Below are positions 30,626-41,262 of a DNA stretch of 64,000 nucleotides, one piece after another. The number at the start of each line of letters is the position of its first letter. Within the stretch, counting starts at the first letter, position 1. The translations under genes and the position numbers were made by a program. The notes under the pieces were generated by a model. That model worked only from the letters and a program-made list of their open reading frames with translations. It had not been told where the DNA came from and made no database searches. Source of the DNA: Terriglobia bacterium (GTDB lineage: Bacteria; Acidobacteriota; Terriglobia; JAIQFV01); assembly GCA_020072965.1 (NCBI GenBank), contig JAIQFY010000011.1:14925-78924 (forward strand), in the 5' to 3' direction.

Positions 30626-31951
30626 TCAGGACGCCTGCCTTGTCAGATCACGGGCCAGGGCCAGCGTAGCATCGATTTCCGCTTCGTTGTTATAAATATG
30701 GGTGGACTGACGAACCCCGTTGTCGTTGCCCATGGATCTCACTCGAATCTTTCGTGCGTTCCAGAATCTGTCCATCATTTCCGGGCCCGTGACCCCATCC
30801 ATTTTCCAGGTCGTGATGCCCGCACTCATCTCGGGATGGATCGAAGAAAGAATGGTCGCCCCACTCAATTTTTGAATCTCCGAACGCAAATAATCACCCA
30901 GGTGTTTGATGCGGCTGATCACCCGTTCATGGCCGAGGCTGTTGTGAAAATCAAGTGCAGCCTCGTAACCCTTCAGGAGGGAGAGGTTCCCGGTACCGTA
31001 CTGCATGAACCGATAGGCACCCTTATCGTAACTCGCCCATTCGGCCGAGGCCAGCGTGGTCCAGATTTCAGATTGGCGGGATTTCCTCACGTACAGCAAG
31101 CCGGAACCGGAGGGAGCCAGAAGCCATTTGTGAGGAGACGAGTAGTAGGCGTCACAATCGATCTCACGCACGTCAACGTGGATGTGGCCAACCGCCTGGG
31201 CCCCGTCAATGGCCACGAAGATATTCTTCGCCCCTTGCTCGCGGGCTAATGCCGCCAGGCGCTTGACCGGCAAGATCAGGCCCAGCATCGAGGTCATATG
31301 CGGGATTGCCAGCACCCGGGTCTTCGAGTTGATCGCGGATGCAAACCGCCGAGTGATTTCGTCGGGATCATTGGGCGGTCTGGGAATGGGAACGGTTTTC
31401 CATACCGCGCCATGACGCTTCGCGCGCACCAGCCATCCACAGGACCCTCCCGGGTGTTCCTGGTCGGTCTGGACGATCTCCTCGCCCTCTTTCAGGTCAA
31501 TCCCCTGTGCTAGAAAATTCATGCCGAAGGTCGCATTTTGCGTGGTGCACACCTCATCGGGGTCACAGTGAATCAGCCTTGCGATCTTCTCCATGAGGGG
31601 AGGGAAATTGCGGTATCCGGAAAACCAGTCAGGATGTTCGCGACGATAGTCCCAGTGCGTCACGGTGGCATTAAGCTCCGCCATATTCGTGGTCACCGCT
31701 TCCAAAACCGGGCGCGGCATCGAGCCCAGGGTCGCCGTATTGAAGAAGGCTTCCTCGCGAGGGATCAGGAACTGGTCCCGAACATTTTTCCAGTAGGCGA
31801 CTTCATCCGCGCTGTGGTTTCCCACATTCGAAGATGCTGCCTCCAGCCTCGACGAAAAACCAGGGGTTGAATCACCATGGTGCAAATCGACGATCGGCAA
31901 AAGGGCCGGTGAAACCATCAGCGTGTGAATGAATTTACGGCGTGAGATCAT
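30626..31951 (-). CDS. Class V PLP-dependent enzyme (isopenicillin N epimerase/PvdN-like) with Tat signal
   Basis: SRRKFI Tat motif; TQNAT, QEHP, DGAQAVG, SPHKWLLAP. Confidence 0.85.
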   Translation of the reverse strand: MISRRKFIHTLMVSPALLPIVDLHHGDSTPGFSSRLEAASSNVGNHSADEVAYWKNVRDQFLIPREEAFFNTATLGSMPRPVLEAVTTNMAELNATVTHWDYRREHPDWFSGYRNFPPLMEKIARLIHCDPDEVCTTQNATFGMNFLAQGIDLKEGEEIVQTDQEHPGGSCGWLVRAKRHGAVWKTVPIPRPPNDPDEITRRFASAINSKTRVLAIPHMTSMLGLILPVKRLAALAREQGAKNIFVAIDGAQAVGHIHVDVREIDCDAYYSSPHKWLLAPSGSGLLYVRKSRQSEIWTTLASAEWASYDKGAYRFMQYGTGNLSLLKGYEAALDFHNSLGHERVISRIKHLGDYLRSEIQKLSGATILSSIHPEMSAGITTWKMDGVTGPEMMDRFWNARKIRVRSMGNDNGVRQSTHIYNNEAEIDATLALARDLTRQAS

Positions 31952-32134
31952 GGATGTCTACCTTCCAGGGCCAATCGAACCGCAGGTCCCTGTTCTGTGT
32001 GCTTGGTTGAGGGGCATCTGTTCCAGCTTTGACTCAGAACCGCTGTGTCGTGATCATCCCGTTGAAATCAAGCGGTCTGGGGGCGAGGGATTGTCCCATT
32101 CCAACGGGAGGAGGTGGGAGATCGGAGTTGGCAT

Positions 32135-32428
32135 CTACGATCTTCCAAAGAACAAGTGCGCTTCACACTGGCACTCACGTTCATGCGGCGTGGGACAAAG
32201 CTTGATGCGATCCCTCAATTCTCCATACCGCAAATCATGAAGGCGCAACACTTCTGCGTCATCGAGCGACCAGGAATCGGCTTTCCCCGAAGTCATCTGA
32301 TACTTGGCATCGCAATCGAGACACTGAAAGATCCCCAGTGTACGAGGCTCCCCTGCAAACACCACATCAATTGTGGCCCCCTCGAGACGCGACCCTTCAC
32401 AATCCGGACATTCTACAACGTCTTTCAT
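32135..32428 (-). CDS. Small Cys-rich hypothetical protein (possible zinc-binding)
   Basis: CPDC...CLDC and CPTPHERECQCEAH; AAGGAGG RBS. Confidence 0.65.
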   Translation of the reverse strand: MKDVVECPDCEGSRLEGATIDVVFAGEPRTLGIFQCLDCDAKYQMTSGKADSWSLDDAEVLRLHDLRYGELRDRIKLCPTPHERECQCEAHLFFGRS

Positions 32429-32621
32429 CCCCCCTCCTTCAGTCGGATCCTTCGGATGAAGGTTGCCTGTGAATCCAATATAGAAACCCGTTCTCACGCA
32501 GGGAGCCGGAATTATAGGAGAAATCAAAAAACGGGAACAGAAAATATTTCCGTTTGACGGGAAGGGCTACATTGCCGTCAATGGTGAAAGTTCGCTGGAG
32601 CTTGAAGAGCATTGCGATAGC

Positions 32622-33353
32622 TCATCTCCTGGTCGAAGGGAGGGGGAAGTTCGCCCCGTCTCGATCGTCCGCAAAGAGCGCCTCCAGGTCGGACAATTGC
32701 AGGCTCCCAATCGATCGCGTCCGGAAATCGGCATGTTCGAGTTCACGCAGAGGATAGGAGTGCGCCACGGCCACGCACCTCATCCCAGCATGATGCGCGG
32801 CCTTGATCCCATGAAGGGAGTCCTCGATGATGAGGCATTCGCTCACAAGAATCTTGCTTTCCCCCCGTGGTCGCCGCCGGTTCAGCGCCTTCCAAGCCCT
32901 CAGGAATGTCTCCGGGTGCGGTTTGCCGTGGACCACATCGTCCGCACTGACGACAGCTGCAAAGTATCGTCGCAGTCTGAATTTCACCAAGATCGATTCA
33001 ATTTCTGAACTCAGTGCGCCGGAAGCTATGGCCAGGGGGTAGCACGCTGCACATTCCCGGATGAACTCAATCGCTCCCGGAAAGAGACGAATCCTCGTCT
33101 TCAAAAGGGCGCGATAGGCGCGCTCTTTTGCACCTCGCAGGCGCCTCACCGCAGCAGTGGATGACTCCCTGTGGTGGTCCAAAAGAACTTCGCGGATGCA
33201 ACTCCGATCGTCATAAGCTAAATAGCGGGCCATGTAATCCCGCTTGGTGAGACGAATTCCCTCTTTCTCGAAGATGGTACGGAAGGCGAGGAAGTGAAGC
33301 GGCTCGTCGTCGATGATCACTCCATTAAAATCGAAAAGGATGGCTCGAAGCAT
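32622..33353 (-). CDS. HAD family phosphatase (beta-PGM-like)
   Basis: FDFNGVIID, IASG, GKPHPE, IEDSLHG. Confidence 0.9.
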   Translation of the reverse strand: MLRAILFDFNGVIIDDEPLHFLAFRTIFEKEGIRLTKRDYMARYLAYDDRSCIREVLLDHHRESSTAAVRRLRGAKERAYRALLKTRIRLFPGAIEFIRECAACYPLAIASGALSSEIESILVKFRLRRYFAAVVSADDVVHGKPHPETFLRAWKALNRRRPRGESKILVSECLIIEDSLHGIKAAHHAGMRCVAVAHSYPLRELEHADFRTRSIGSLQLSDLEALFADDRDGANFPLPSTRR

Positions 33354-33784
33354 TGTGAGAGAACCCAGCCCGTTGGATTTTGGCCTCAAAAACACTTGAT
33401 CAGTTCAGCCGTAATCATCACGGGTCTGACAGCCCAGTTTGCCGAAAGATCCTCCCCCTCGGGAGATCGATTCTGGCTCGATTCACACGAGGCCTCTTCC
33501 CCGCTCCACTTATTGCAGCGTATCCGGGACGATAGTAGTACACTTTTCAATTTGAGCCTTCATTTTTTAATTGCGCAACTGCAACTTGCCCAACCGATGG
33601 CCTTCCTTTAGTTTAGTGGTGGAGTCCAAGCACCCGGATTGTTGTATTCGCAACCCTTGACCTCTCCGTTTCCCCTTCCCTGATAGGTCATAAATTCGGA
33701 CGAAACACAAGGCGGCACAGACCAAAGAAGACTTAAATTTCTGACCTTTACGCTCCATTTCCAATTTCCCAAAGCGACCACTCC

Positions 33785-33822
33785 GGCAACATTTTATCAG
33801 CAACGCAACCGTTGCATGCAAC
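33785..33822. promoter_or_regulatory. Candidate upstream activator sequence (four-part GCAAC/GTTGC element)
   Basis: GGCAAC-N8-AGCAAC-N6-GTTGCA-TGCAAC, with the same spacing as 51909-51946. Confidence 0.6.
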
Positions 33823-33891
33823 ACGGGCCGAAGGGCCGGGCAAGGCGATGAAGGCTTCATTTTCAAAGGAATGCCCAACAAAACCAATATC

Positions 33892-33909
33892 TTGTGAAGT
33901 TTTTCACTC
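33892..33909. promoter_or_regulatory. Rex/CRP-like box
   Basis: TTGTGAA-GTTT-TTCACTC versus the Rex consensus TTGTGAA-N4-TTCACAA. Confidence 0.6.
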
Positions 33910-33928
33910 GATAAAGGTTTCTGCGTTC

Positions 33929-33945
33929 TTGGCATCCTTCATGCA
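33929..33945 (+). promoter_or_regulatory. Sigma54 -24/-12 promoter
   Basis: TTGGCATCCTTCATGCA (GG-N10-GC) upstream of the GNAT/oxidoreductase operon. Confidence 0.65.
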
Positions 33946-34072
33946 GTAATTCATTCGGAATGAAGGGCAAAAGCATGTTGTGTGAAACCTCTCTTACTGC
34001 CAACAGGGACGCCTGGTCCAGGGGAAAGTGTGAGACAGGTGGGTGGAAAGTGGCAGGGGAAGGAGGGCTGCA

Positions 34073-34651
34073 ATGCCGACCCTGACTCATGATGCACCCC
34101 CAATCGCATTTCGTGACCCGAAAAGGGCTGCTGAACATGAACCAACGAATTGGTCACGAGCGTTCATTGACAAGAAAGGAGCGCGAGCGACAGCAAGGTC
34201 GTTCCGCCCCCAGGACTTAAAGGCATTGCAGGAGATGTACTTTCAGTTCGAACCCAAACAAATCGCGCAACGGATTCCTCCCCGCACTGAAGAGCAAATC
34301 AGTCGCTGGTTACGCTGTCTGACCCATGACGGCGAGAATATTGTGGCGTTGATCGGACGCCGGCTGGTGGGGCACGCGGTGTTATGCGATTTGCAGGATG
34401 GTCGGGCTGAGCTTGCCATCTTTGTTCACCAGGATTTTCGAAATCGCGAAATTGGCACTCAATTGATCCAGTTGGCCAAGCGGGCAGCCATGGCGGCCGC
34501 CTACCGCCAGATCTGGATTTCCGTGGAGTCGTCCAATCTGCAAGCAATTCACGTCTTCCAGAAGAACAGTTTTCAATTCCTCGGAAGTTTCGATACCGAA
34601 AGTGAAATGGTCCTCGATCTCAGCCCTACGGGAAGGCAAATCGATAAATGA
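34073..34651 (+). CDS. GNAT acetyltransferase (Pat-like GNAT domain)
   Basis: AELAIFVHQDFRNREIGTQL, SNLQAIHVFQK; AGGAGG RBS; ATGA overlap with the next gene. Confidence 0.82.
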   Translation: MPTLTHDAPPIAFRDPKRAAEHEPTNWSRAFIDKKGARATARSFRPQDLKALQEMYFQFEPKQIAQRIPPRTEEQISRWLRCLTHDGENIVALIGRRLVGHAVLCDLQDGRAELAIFVHQDFRNREIGTQLIQLAKRAAMAAAYRQIWISVESSNLQAIHVFQKNSFQFLGSFDTESEMVLDLSPTGRQIDK

Positions 34652-35601
34652 CCACATTCAATACGAACGTTCAACTCCCATTTCAAGATGATCTGGGATT
34701 CTGCAATGTCCTGATGTCAGCGATTGGCGGGGACGGCGCCAACATGGCAGCCAAGCTGCTTTTCAAGGTGTGTGTGACGTATCTGGATCTCGACGGCGCC
34801 TATGATGCGAAATACGGCAGCGAGAAAAAGGGAACGCCCACGGATGTTTCTCTTCGGTTCTGCAAATTCGGAACCTCTGTCCGGGAGAGCGGTCCGACCA
34901 ATCGTCCGCACATTCTCTGTATTTTTCGCGATGCCCTGATCCGGCCTCTGGCACTCAACCGCGGCCTGCAGAAGAATGCATTGGTGATTGCCAACACCCG
35001 GCGCTCACCGGAGGAGATCCGAGATGACTTACGGCTCCACAGCGGGACCATCTGCTGTCTGGATGCCACACGGATCGCCTTGGAAACCAATTCGCGATTG
35101 AATATACCCATCCTGGTGCTGCTCGCAAAATTCCTGCAGATCCCGATGGAAACGCTGCGCAAGGTGGTGGGAGAGACCTGGCCCCGGGCGTCCACAGCAA
35201 ATCTCCAAGCCTTCGATCGTGCCCTGGGGTCCTTTGCGCAAAAGCGGTTTGAGGCTGACGGGAAGTACCCGCTCGTCCCCCCGGCTGAGCCTCGGGGGCG
35301 TATCGGCTACATGAACATGAACGAGGGAGGAGCCATCAATGCCACGACGCACCTAAATCTTTCGTCATCCATGCCCAGCGCCAGCATCAATCCCCTCCCG
35401 GATTTTCATGCTGAGATCTGCACTCATTGTGGGCTTTGCATGTTGGCCTGCTCTGACCCGGGAGCGATCGTCTGGGATGACAAGAAGATGATTGCCATCG
35501 ACGCCGTGTACTGCAAAGGGTGCATGCGCTGTGTTGAAGCATGTCCAGACACGAAGAAAGGGAAGGCCCTGACCGCCCCGGCCGAACTGGCCGTTGCCTG
35601 A
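34648..35601 (+). CDS. 2-oxoacid:ferredoxin oxidoreductase, fused gamma-delta subunit
   Basis: AIGGDGA, YGSEKKGTP; C-terminal 2x[4Fe-4S] motifs CTHCGLCMLAC and CKGCMRCVEACP. Confidence 0.9.
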   Translation: MTTFNTNVQLPFQDDLGFCNVLMSAIGGDGANMAAKLLFKVCVTYLDLDGAYDAKYGSEKKGTPTDVSLRFCKFGTSVRESGPTNRPHILCIFRDALIRPLALNRGLQKNALVIANTRRSPEEIRDDLRLHSGTICCLDATRIALETNSRLNIPILVLLAKFLQIPMETLRKVVGETWPRASTANLQAFDRALGSFAQKRFEADGKYPLVPPAEPRGRIGYMNMNEGGAINATTHLNLSSSMPSASINPLPDFHAEICTHCGLCMLACSDPGAIVWDDKKMIAIDAVYCKGCMRCVEACPDTKKGKALTAPAELAVA

Positions 35602-35704
35602 AGCTGGAGTTCCCGCGAGGACGCTTTGCAGCCCCTCAGCATAAAATGAGGCTTGCAAACACTGAGAAAGAAACGAAATCATCCGCACTCCCTAGGAACC
35701 GATC

Positions 35705-37957
35705 ATGCCCTTGGATACCTTGATTGAAAAGACTGAACTGAAGAAAGCCGTTGCGGCAGCAACCCAGGTCACATTTATCGGAAGTGGTAACGAGGTTGCC
35801 GCGAAGGCCATCCTCGACATCGGGTACGACGGAGAAGGTTACTATCCGATCACTCCCTCGTGCGAAGTGGGAGAGATGGTCAGCCGGGCCATTGCCAATG
35901 GAGAGGCCGACATGTCGTTCGTGGTGGGGACGAGCGAGCTTGCCGCTATTTCAGTCGTTACGGGAATGGCGATTGCGGGCGGGCGCGCCGTCGACGTCAC
36001 CTCGTCGCAAGGGCTGATGCTGAAGGCTGAAGAGATGCCGGCTATCAGCGGTCTCGGTCTGCCGGTGGTCTTGAACCTGGCTACCCGCGACATCAATGCC
36101 CCGCTCAACATCAAAAATGGACACAGTGATCTGATGGCTACGCTCGGCTGGGGGTGGCTCACCTTTTGCGCTCCCACTGTCCAGGCGGTTTATGATCTGA
36201 ACGTCATCGCCATCAAGGTGGCCGAAACCGTCAACCTGCCTGCTATCGTGGCCTACGACGGTTTCCACACCAGCCATGCCAATCGCCGCATTCTCGTGTT
36301 TGCCCGGCGGGAGGATGTGCGTCGATTTGTTGGGCCTACACCTCCCCGCCTCAACCTTCTCGACCTCGAGCATCCCCATACCTTCGGCCCGTACATGAAT
36401 GATGATTTGATCAACACAAAGGTGCAACTTGACGAGAAATTCAAAAGGGCTTACGACCTCATTCCTGAGGTCTTCGAGGCGTTTTTTCAGCTCACTGGCC
36501 GCCGCTACAATTTTGTCGAAGTCTATGGAGATCCGGATGCCGAAGCAGGCCTTTTCATTTTGAATTCAGCCGGCGAGGCCTCGAAGGCGTCGGTTGACAG
36601 AATGCGCGCAGAAAATAAGCGGGTTAAAGCGATTATTCCGACTGTCCTGCGCCCCTGGCCCGAGGATGAAATGCGCGAAGCGATCGGCGACACACCGCGC
36701 CTCGTCGTGGCGGAGAGGGCCTCTCAGTATGGCGCCGGGAACTATCTAGCCAATGAACTGGGGGCGACTTTACAACGTGCGGGGAAAACGAATCTGCTCA
36801 TCAGTCGAACCTACGGAATCGGGGGGCTTAACTTCCGTCCCGAGGATGGGGTCGAACTGCTGAACCTTGCCTGGCATTATCCCAGTATCACTGAAGATGA
36901 GCGGAAACTGCGGGGCTATTATGGAGCTTGGCCGGGTGAGCCCGGTTACGATCCGCCGGAGATCTTTACTCCCCTCACCGCCGCAGAAACTACCCTGAAT
37001 GCGAACCAAGCCAAGATTGACTTCAAACACCTTTCCCAAATGCCCTCCCGGATTGCCAAGCATTCCGCTTGTCCGGGATGCGGGATGTTTGCCAACCTGA
37101 ATCTGTTCATGCGTGGCATTGACGGAAATGTGGTTTTCCTGTTCAACACCGGCTGCGGTATGGTCGTGACCACCGGATTCCCCAACACCAGCTTCAAGAC
37201 CCCGTATTTCCATAACCTTTTTCACAATGGGGCATCGACCGCCACCGGTGTAGTCGAAATGTATCGCCGCTTCCGTGCCCAGGGAAGAATCAAAGACGAA
37301 ATCACCTTCATTGTCGTCTCGGGCGATGGCGGCGACGACATTGGAATGGACCAGGTGATCGGATCAGCTCTACGCAATGACCCGTTTATCATGCTGGAAT
37401 ATGACAACAAAGGTTACATGAATACGGGGGGACAACTCTGTTACACTGGTTTCAAGGGCGAGAGGTTCACGAACGCGCCGCTGGGAAAAATGGGCCAGGG
37501 TAAGCAGCAGCACAGCAAAGACATTATCGAAATCCTGCGAGGCACTAATTCCCCTTACCTGTTCACCGCGGCCGAATCCAATCCCCGCGATATGATTGCA
37601 AAGGCCCGCAAGGCCCAGGCCATGGTTCGCGCCGGGAACTTTGCCTTTGGGAAGGTATTTTCCGTGTGCCCTCTCAATTGGGGCGCGGAAGACTCGAAGG
37701 GCAATGAGATTGTTGATCGAGCAGTCAAGAGTTGTTTGTTTCCTCTCTACGAGATCGAGAACGGTATCACGCATCTGAATTACGATCCTCAGGCCTCGGG
37801 ACGCAAGATCTCCGTTCAAGCCGCCTTTGAATTGATGGGAACGGCATTTTCTCATTTGACCAAGGAACAATTCGCCGGCTTGACGCGGGAGATCCAAGAC
37901 GAAACGGACAGGCGTTGGGACCGTCTGAAAGAACTCGCCACCAATCCCAAATTGTGA
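35705..37957 (+). CDS. 2-oxoacid (pyruvate-type):ferredoxin oxidoreductase, fused alpha-beta subunit
   Basis: YPITPS, TSSQGL, YDGFHTSH; beta part ACPGCG, TGC, GDGG..DNKGYMNTGGQ, CPLNWG. Confidence 0.92.
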   Translation: MPLDTLIEKTELKKAVAAATQVTFIGSGNEVAAKAILDIGYDGEGYYPITPSCEVGEMVSRAIANGEADMSFVVGTSELAAISVVTGMAIAGGRAVDVTSSQGLMLKAEEMPAISGLGLPVVLNLATRDINAPLNIKNGHSDLMATLGWGWLTFCAPTVQAVYDLNVIAIKVAETVNLPAIVAYDGFHTSHANRRILVFARREDVRRFVGPTPPRLNLLDLEHPHTFGPYMNDDLINTKVQLDEKFKRAYDLIPEVFEAFFQLTGRRYNFVEVYGDPDAEAGLFILNSAGEASKASVDRMRAENKRVKAIIPTVLRPWPEDEMREAIGDTPRLVVAERASQYGAGNYLANELGATLQRAGKTNLLISRTYGIGGLNFRPEDGVELLNLAWHYPSITEDERKLRGYYGAWPGEPGYDPPEIFTPLTAAETTLNANQAKIDFKHLSQMPSRIAKHSACPGCGMFANLNLFMRGIDGNVVFLFNTGCGMVVTTGFPNTSFKTPYFHNLFHNGASTATGVVEMYRRFRAQGRIKDEITFIVVSGDGGDDIGMDQVIGSALRNDPFIMLEYDNKGYMNTGGQLCYTGFKGERFTNAPLGKMGQGKQQHSKDIIEILRGTNSPYLFTAAESNPRDMIAKARKAQAMVRAGNFAFGKVFSVCPLNWGAEDSKGNEIVDRAVKSCLFPLYEIENGITHLNYDPQASGRKISVQAAFELMGTAFSHLTKEQFAGLTREIQDETDRRWDRLKELATNPKL

Positions 37958-38224
37958 TCCATTTGAATGGCAAATCAATGGACCGGCGATGTCGAAGCAT
38001 GGCCCTCGAAGCCGCATGCACCCTCCGGGGATCCCTGGAGGATCTGGCTGCGAGGGACAAGAGGTTTAAGATCTCGGGGATAGGGGCGGGGTAAGCAGCA
38101 GGATGCAGGATGAAACGGGTGTTTCGGCCGAATCGTGGATATCGACCCACGACCGGCTTAACTGGGTCGCCACTTCCCTCTGCGCGCTCAAATGCAGAAG
38201 GATTCTAAGAAAGAGGGTTCAACA

Positions 38225-38686
38225 ATGGAGGATTCTCTCACTATGAAACTCACCGTAGATCTCGCAGGGGATAACGGGTTCCGGATCAAGTCCGCCAACC
38301 ATGTATTTGTGTGTGACCATGCGGCTGAAACACCGGGTCCTCACGCCACTCTCACCCCGGTCCAGTTGTTGATCGCTTCTCTGGGAGCGAGCATCTCCAA
38401 CTCAGCTGTGGAGTTCTGCAAGGAGCATTCCCTGCCGGTGGCGGGACTGAAGACGATCCTGGAATGGGATTTTGCGGGGGACCGAAACCGCATTGGCAGG
38501 ATCGACGTCTCGGTGCACTTGCCCAATGCCGTCCCTGGCAGTCTTGCGGACGACTTCATGAGCGCCATCCACCAGTGCACGGTCTATCAGACCTTGCAGC
38601 TCAAACCGGAAATGCATTTTCACACCACCCTCGATGTGGAAAAGCCGGAAGGCGAAACACTGATTCATTTCGCAGGGGCGGAGTAA
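38225..38686 (+). CDS. OsmC-family protein (first Cys replaced by Ser)
   Basis: TPVQLLIASLGAS...HQCTVYQTL. Confidence 0.8.
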   Translation: MEDSLTMKLTVDLAGDNGFRIKSANHVFVCDHAAETPGPHATLTPVQLLIASLGASISNSAVEFCKEHSLPVAGLKTILEWDFAGDRNRIGRIDVSVHLPNAVPGSLADDFMSAIHQCTVYQTLQLKPEMHFHTTLDVEKPEGETLIHFAGAE

Positions 38687-38726
38687 GCGGAATCTCAGAT
38701 CGCTGCTCAAGAGGAGTTTTTTACTC

Positions 38727-39578
38727 ATGCATGTTATCGTTGGCAGAAAACAACTGGCGCCCGACGTGGTGCAGACCGAAGTCGAGGCTCCCCTGGTCGC
38801 CCGAAAGCGCAAGGCGGGGCAATTCGTCATGATCCGCATTAGCGAGGAGGGAGAACGCATTCCTTTGACGATTGCAGACTCCGATCCCGTTCGGGGAACG
38901 ATCACCCTTATTGTGCAGGCGGTCGGAAAGTCCACCAAGCAACTGAACCAGTTGCAACCGGGCGATACCCTCGTGGACGTGGTGGGGCCGCTCGGGAAGC
39001 CGACCCACATCGAACCCAATGCTAATGTTGTGTGTATTGGCGGCGGAATCGGCGCGGCGGTGGTCTATCCCATCCTCAAAGCCTATAAGGATTCTTCCAG
39101 CCATGTGACTTCGATCATTGGTGCACGGACCAAGGATTTGTTGATCCTGGAGCAGGAAATTCGTGCCCGGTCCGAACAGACTATCGTCACCACCGATGAT
39201 GGCAGCTACGGGATGCATGGATTTGTAACGGATGCATTGAAGAAGCTCATGAACAATGGAAAACCCATTGATCTCGTCATCGCGATCGGGCCGGTCCCGA
39301 TGATGCGCGCGGTGTGCCGGGTAACCCAAGAGGCCAAGATCAAGACAATCGTCAGCCTCAACCCGATTATGGTGGATGGAACAGGGATGTGCGGGGGATG
39401 CCGGGTGATGGTGGGCGGAAAGATGCAGTTCGTTTGTGTCGACGGTCCCGAATTCGAGGGGCATGAAGTAGATTTTGATGAGCTGACCGCACGGCTCAAG
39501 AGTTACGTGGAGTTTGAAAAGGAAGCTCAGGCAAGGTATGAAAATATCTGTGGCGTCCATTGCGGCTTGGAGTCGTGA
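38727..39578 (+). CDS. nfnA: Electron-bifurcating NADH-dependent reduced ferredoxin:NADP+ oxidoreductase, small subunit
   Basis: GQFVMIR, ERIPLTIAD, GGGIG, IGPVPMM, DGTGMCGGC..CVDGPEF. Confidence 0.9.
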   Translation: MHVIVGRKQLAPDVVQTEVEAPLVARKRKAGQFVMIRISEEGERIPLTIADSDPVRGTITLIVQAVGKSTKQLNQLQPGDTLVDVVGPLGKPTHIEPNANVVCIGGGIGAAVVYPILKAYKDSSSHVTSIIGARTKDLLILEQEIRARSEQTIVTTDDGSYGMHGFVTDALKKLMNNGKPIDLVIAIGPVPMMRAVCRVTQEAKIKTIVSLNPIMVDGTGMCGGCRVMVGGKMQFVCVDGPEFEGHEVDFDELTARLKSYVEFEKEAQARYENICGVHCGLES

Positions 39579-39636
39579 AAGCCGTGCTGTTCGCCACGGA
39601 TTCGAATCAAAAATTCTTCTGAGTTCAGTAAAGAAT

Positions 39637-41094
39637 ATGGCAAAGAAAATTGGCGCGAAGACAAAAACCCCGATGATGTGTCAGGATCCCCAGGTGCGGG
39701 CTCACAATTTCAATGAGGTGGCGCTGGGCTACAGGGAGGAAGAGGCGGTATTTGAGGCCAATCGGTGCATTGAGTGCAAGAACATGCCCTGCATCGCGGG
39801 TTGTCCGGTCGAAATTGATATCCCCTCCTTCGTCAAGGCGATCGCCGAACGACGGTTCGAAGACGCCACCCGCATCTTGAAGTCAAGGAACTCGCTGCCC
39901 GCCATCTGCGGACGTGTCTGCCCGCAGGAAGAGCAGTGCGAGCTGAAGTGCACCCTGGGTGCCCGTTTCGAGCCGGTCGCGATCGGCCGACTTGAGCGCT
40001 TCGTCGCCGACTGGGCGAGGGCTCACATGGCGGAAGAGATCCCGACTAAGCGACCTTCCAATGGAAAGAAGGTCGCTGTGGTGGGTTCAGGACCCGCCGG
40101 GCTGACCTTGGCGGGAGATTTGGTGCAACTGGGCTACCAGGTCACCATTTTCGAGGCGCTGCACAAGGCGGGAGGAGTTCTCGTTTACGGAATCCCGGAA
40201 TTTCGTCTTCCCAAGAACATCGTGCAACAGGAGATCGACTACCTCATCAAGATGGGCGTGGAGCTGAAGACCAGCGTCGTCATTGGAAAATCCCTGACGT
40301 TGACAGAGTTGATGACCGAATTAGGATTCGATGCCGTGTTCATTGGGACAGGTGCGGGCCTGCCTTCCTTCATGAAGATTCCGGGCATCAATTTGATTGG
40401 CGTGTACTCTGCCAATGAGTATCTCACGCGTTCCAATTTGATGAAAGCCTATCGATTCCCTGAATATGACACTCCCGTCATCCGGGGCCGCAATGTGGCA
40501 GTGGTGGGAGGTGGCAATACCGCGATGGACTCCATCCGGACCGCCTTGCGCCTGGGCGCAGAAAACGCCTATCTGGTGTATCGCCGCTCCCGGGCTGAAA
40601 TGCCTGCCCGCAAAGAGGAGGTGGAGCACGCGGAAGAGGAGGGCGTCCAATTCCACATGCTCACCAATCCGGTCGAGATCCTGGGCAATGAGAAGGTTCG
40701 CGTCCGGAGCATGCGGGTGCAGAAGATGGAGCTCGGCGATCCCGATGAATCCGGGCGCCGCAAGCCGATCCCCATCCCCGGCTCTGAATTCGAATTGAAC
40801 GTCGATACCGTCGTTATGGCGGTGGGCCAGGGGGCGAATCCCGTCCTCACTTCCACTGCGCCGGATTTGAAAACAAATAAGTGGGGAAACATCGTTGCCG
40901 ATCCCGAGACCGGGGCAACGAACATCCCCGGTGTGTTTGCGGGAGGAGACATCGTCAGTGGCGGCGCGACCGTCATTCTGGCGATGGGAGCGGGGCGGAA
41001 AGCGGCTCGGGCCATTGACCAATACCTCCGGGAACTGAACCTGAATGCTACGCCGCAGCCGCAGGAGGCGGAAGAAAGTACAGTTCCAAACTGA
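39637..41094 (+). CDS. nfnB: NfnB/SudA large subunit (GltD-like flavoprotein)
   Basis: CIECKNMPCIAGCP, CGRVCPQEEQCELKC, GSGPAG, GGGNTAMD; adjacent to nfnA, no gltB nearby. Confidence 0.9.
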   Translation: MAKKIGAKTKTPMMCQDPQVRAHNFNEVALGYREEEAVFEANRCIECKNMPCIAGCPVEIDIPSFVKAIAERRFEDATRILKSRNSLPAICGRVCPQEEQCELKCTLGARFEPVAIGRLERFVADWARAHMAEEIPTKRPSNGKKVAVVGSGPAGLTLAGDLVQLGYQVTIFEALHKAGGVLVYGIPEFRLPKNIVQQEIDYLIKMGVELKTSVVIGKSLTLTELMTELGFDAVFIGTGAGLPSFMKIPGINLIGVYSANEYLTRSNLMKAYRFPEYDTPVIRGRNVAVVGGGNTAMDSIRTALRLGAENAYLVYRRSRAEMPARKEEVEHAEEEGVQFHMLTNPVEILGNEKVRVRSMRVQKMELGDPDESGRRKPIPIPGSEFELNVDTVVMAVGQGANPVLTSTAPDLKTNKWGNIVADPETGATNIPGVFAGGDIVSGGATVILAMGAGRKAARAIDQYLRELNLNATPQPQEAEESTVPN

Positions 41095-41262
41095 GGTACC
41101 CATATCGTGCGGTTGAGTTCGAAAGGCCGCGATCCAACGAGGCAGGAATACTTGAATGCAACCCACACATGAATTGGCCCGTCCTTATGAACCTGATCGC
41201 GGGGAACTCAGACGTGGACTGGACTCAGTGGGCATTCAGCGGAGCAGGGAGGCTGGAAGAAA

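Noticed and set aside
39637-41094. Glutamate synthase small subunit (gltD)
   Set aside because: No gltB, and it is paired with an NfnA-type gene, so NfnB is the better call
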